NCBI GenBank assembly: GCA_964016885.1
Contig: OZ024743.1
Location: forward strand, 364,188,001 to 364,252,000
DNA length: 64,000 bases
Direction: 5' to 3'
Source: Eledone cirrhosa
Lineage: Eukaryota
Made by a program: the position numbers and the translations under genes. The notes under the pieces are model-generated. The model was not told the origin of the DNA, ran no database searches, and saw only the letters and a list, made by a program, of their open reading frames with translations. This document shows, piece by piece, positions 63,075 to 64,000 of the stretch. The stretch's first letter is position 1; every line of letters starts with the position of its first letter.

Positions 63075-64000
63075 TTCAGTATATGTACTATAATATATGT
63101 ATCACAAGCCACTAAAACTAAAGTTAACAGTCACATTTAATAACATGGTTACATATATAATAAATGAGTATATCTGATATATATATATATATATATATCA
63201 TAAACTCGCCACCTACGTAAACCCCTTGTTGAGTCAAACAACGCCGTACGCTAAAACTGTCCATAATACGAAGTATTCACAACCTCTAACTGGATTACCT
63301 ATAACGATATTTTGTTATCCCTTATATATATATATACAGTTCAAGAGTAACCAATCTTAAAGAGAGAGATGGAGATAGGAGAGGAGATAGGAGAGGAGAA
63401 GAGAGATTGGTGAATTAGTTAGAAGCCAAAGCGTAAAGGCATGTGCTCAATGTGCAATATGCAGTGGAAGGCAGCTAGGTGGCTGGGTTCATGCAGAGGT
63501 TAGGTGCACAGAGCTGGAAATATTCATTAGTTAAGCAAAACAAGACCACAAATTTCACAAAGAAGACATTATTAAAAGATTGTCAACATATTTTAGTTTG
63601 ATGTAAGGAATGTAGAGAATAATAATAATAATATTAATGTCCGTTTACAATTGTTTCGCTACTCCATTTAATATTTCTGGATCAAATGATTATAGATCAT
63701 TATTGATCTGGTTCAGTTGAAAATAATTAACTTAGGTAAAAATAGAGCAGCTCATCGGAACTTCAAAAGGAATATAAATTAAAATAAGGAAAGAATGTTA
63801 CATGAATGTAATGTTCCATATATTGGTATTTCACTATGGTGTCCTGGGTATATCTATTGTCTGCCATAGTTGAGCAGTATTCTTCTGTCGAGGCTGCATT
63901 GTGTGAGATCTGCCTATGGGTGACAAGATGGCCGCCAATGAACATATTTACCTTACTAATTAGAGAGTGGTTTCAGGGGAATTAACTCCTCGAGAGATTA

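Noticed and set aside
62674-63945. Possible host exons (ORFs 62740-63093 and 63763-63945; similarly 20040-20900 and 60488-60954)
   Set aside because: No recognisable domain or consistent splice-site pairs; would need RNA-seq or BLASTX.

Overview
AT-rich, microsatellite-dense eukaryotic non-genic DNA made almost entirely of transposable elements. The SINE family and repeat landscape look like octopus or another coleoid cephalopod (inference). I found no convincing host gene. The core (about 26.4-53.0 kb) is a nest of non-LTR retrotransposons built on (AAT)n microsatellites. It contains two families of R4/Dong-like elements (RT plus restriction-like endonuclease), one copy with an intact 1129-aa ORF, and several Tx1/L1-clade elements (CCHC ORF1; APE-RT ORF2). 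The two types repeatedly sit tail-to-tail, and one full-length Tx1-like copy is inserted directly in a Dong (AAT)n tail. The abundant tRNA-derived SINE shares its last ~30 nt with the Tx1-like 3' end. Also present: RTE, CRE, Penelope-like (GIY-YIG and two hammerhead-ribozyme folds), mariner and MITE remnants, plus several fold-back and templated-insertion structures. All family assignments come from motif recognition by eye, not from database searches.
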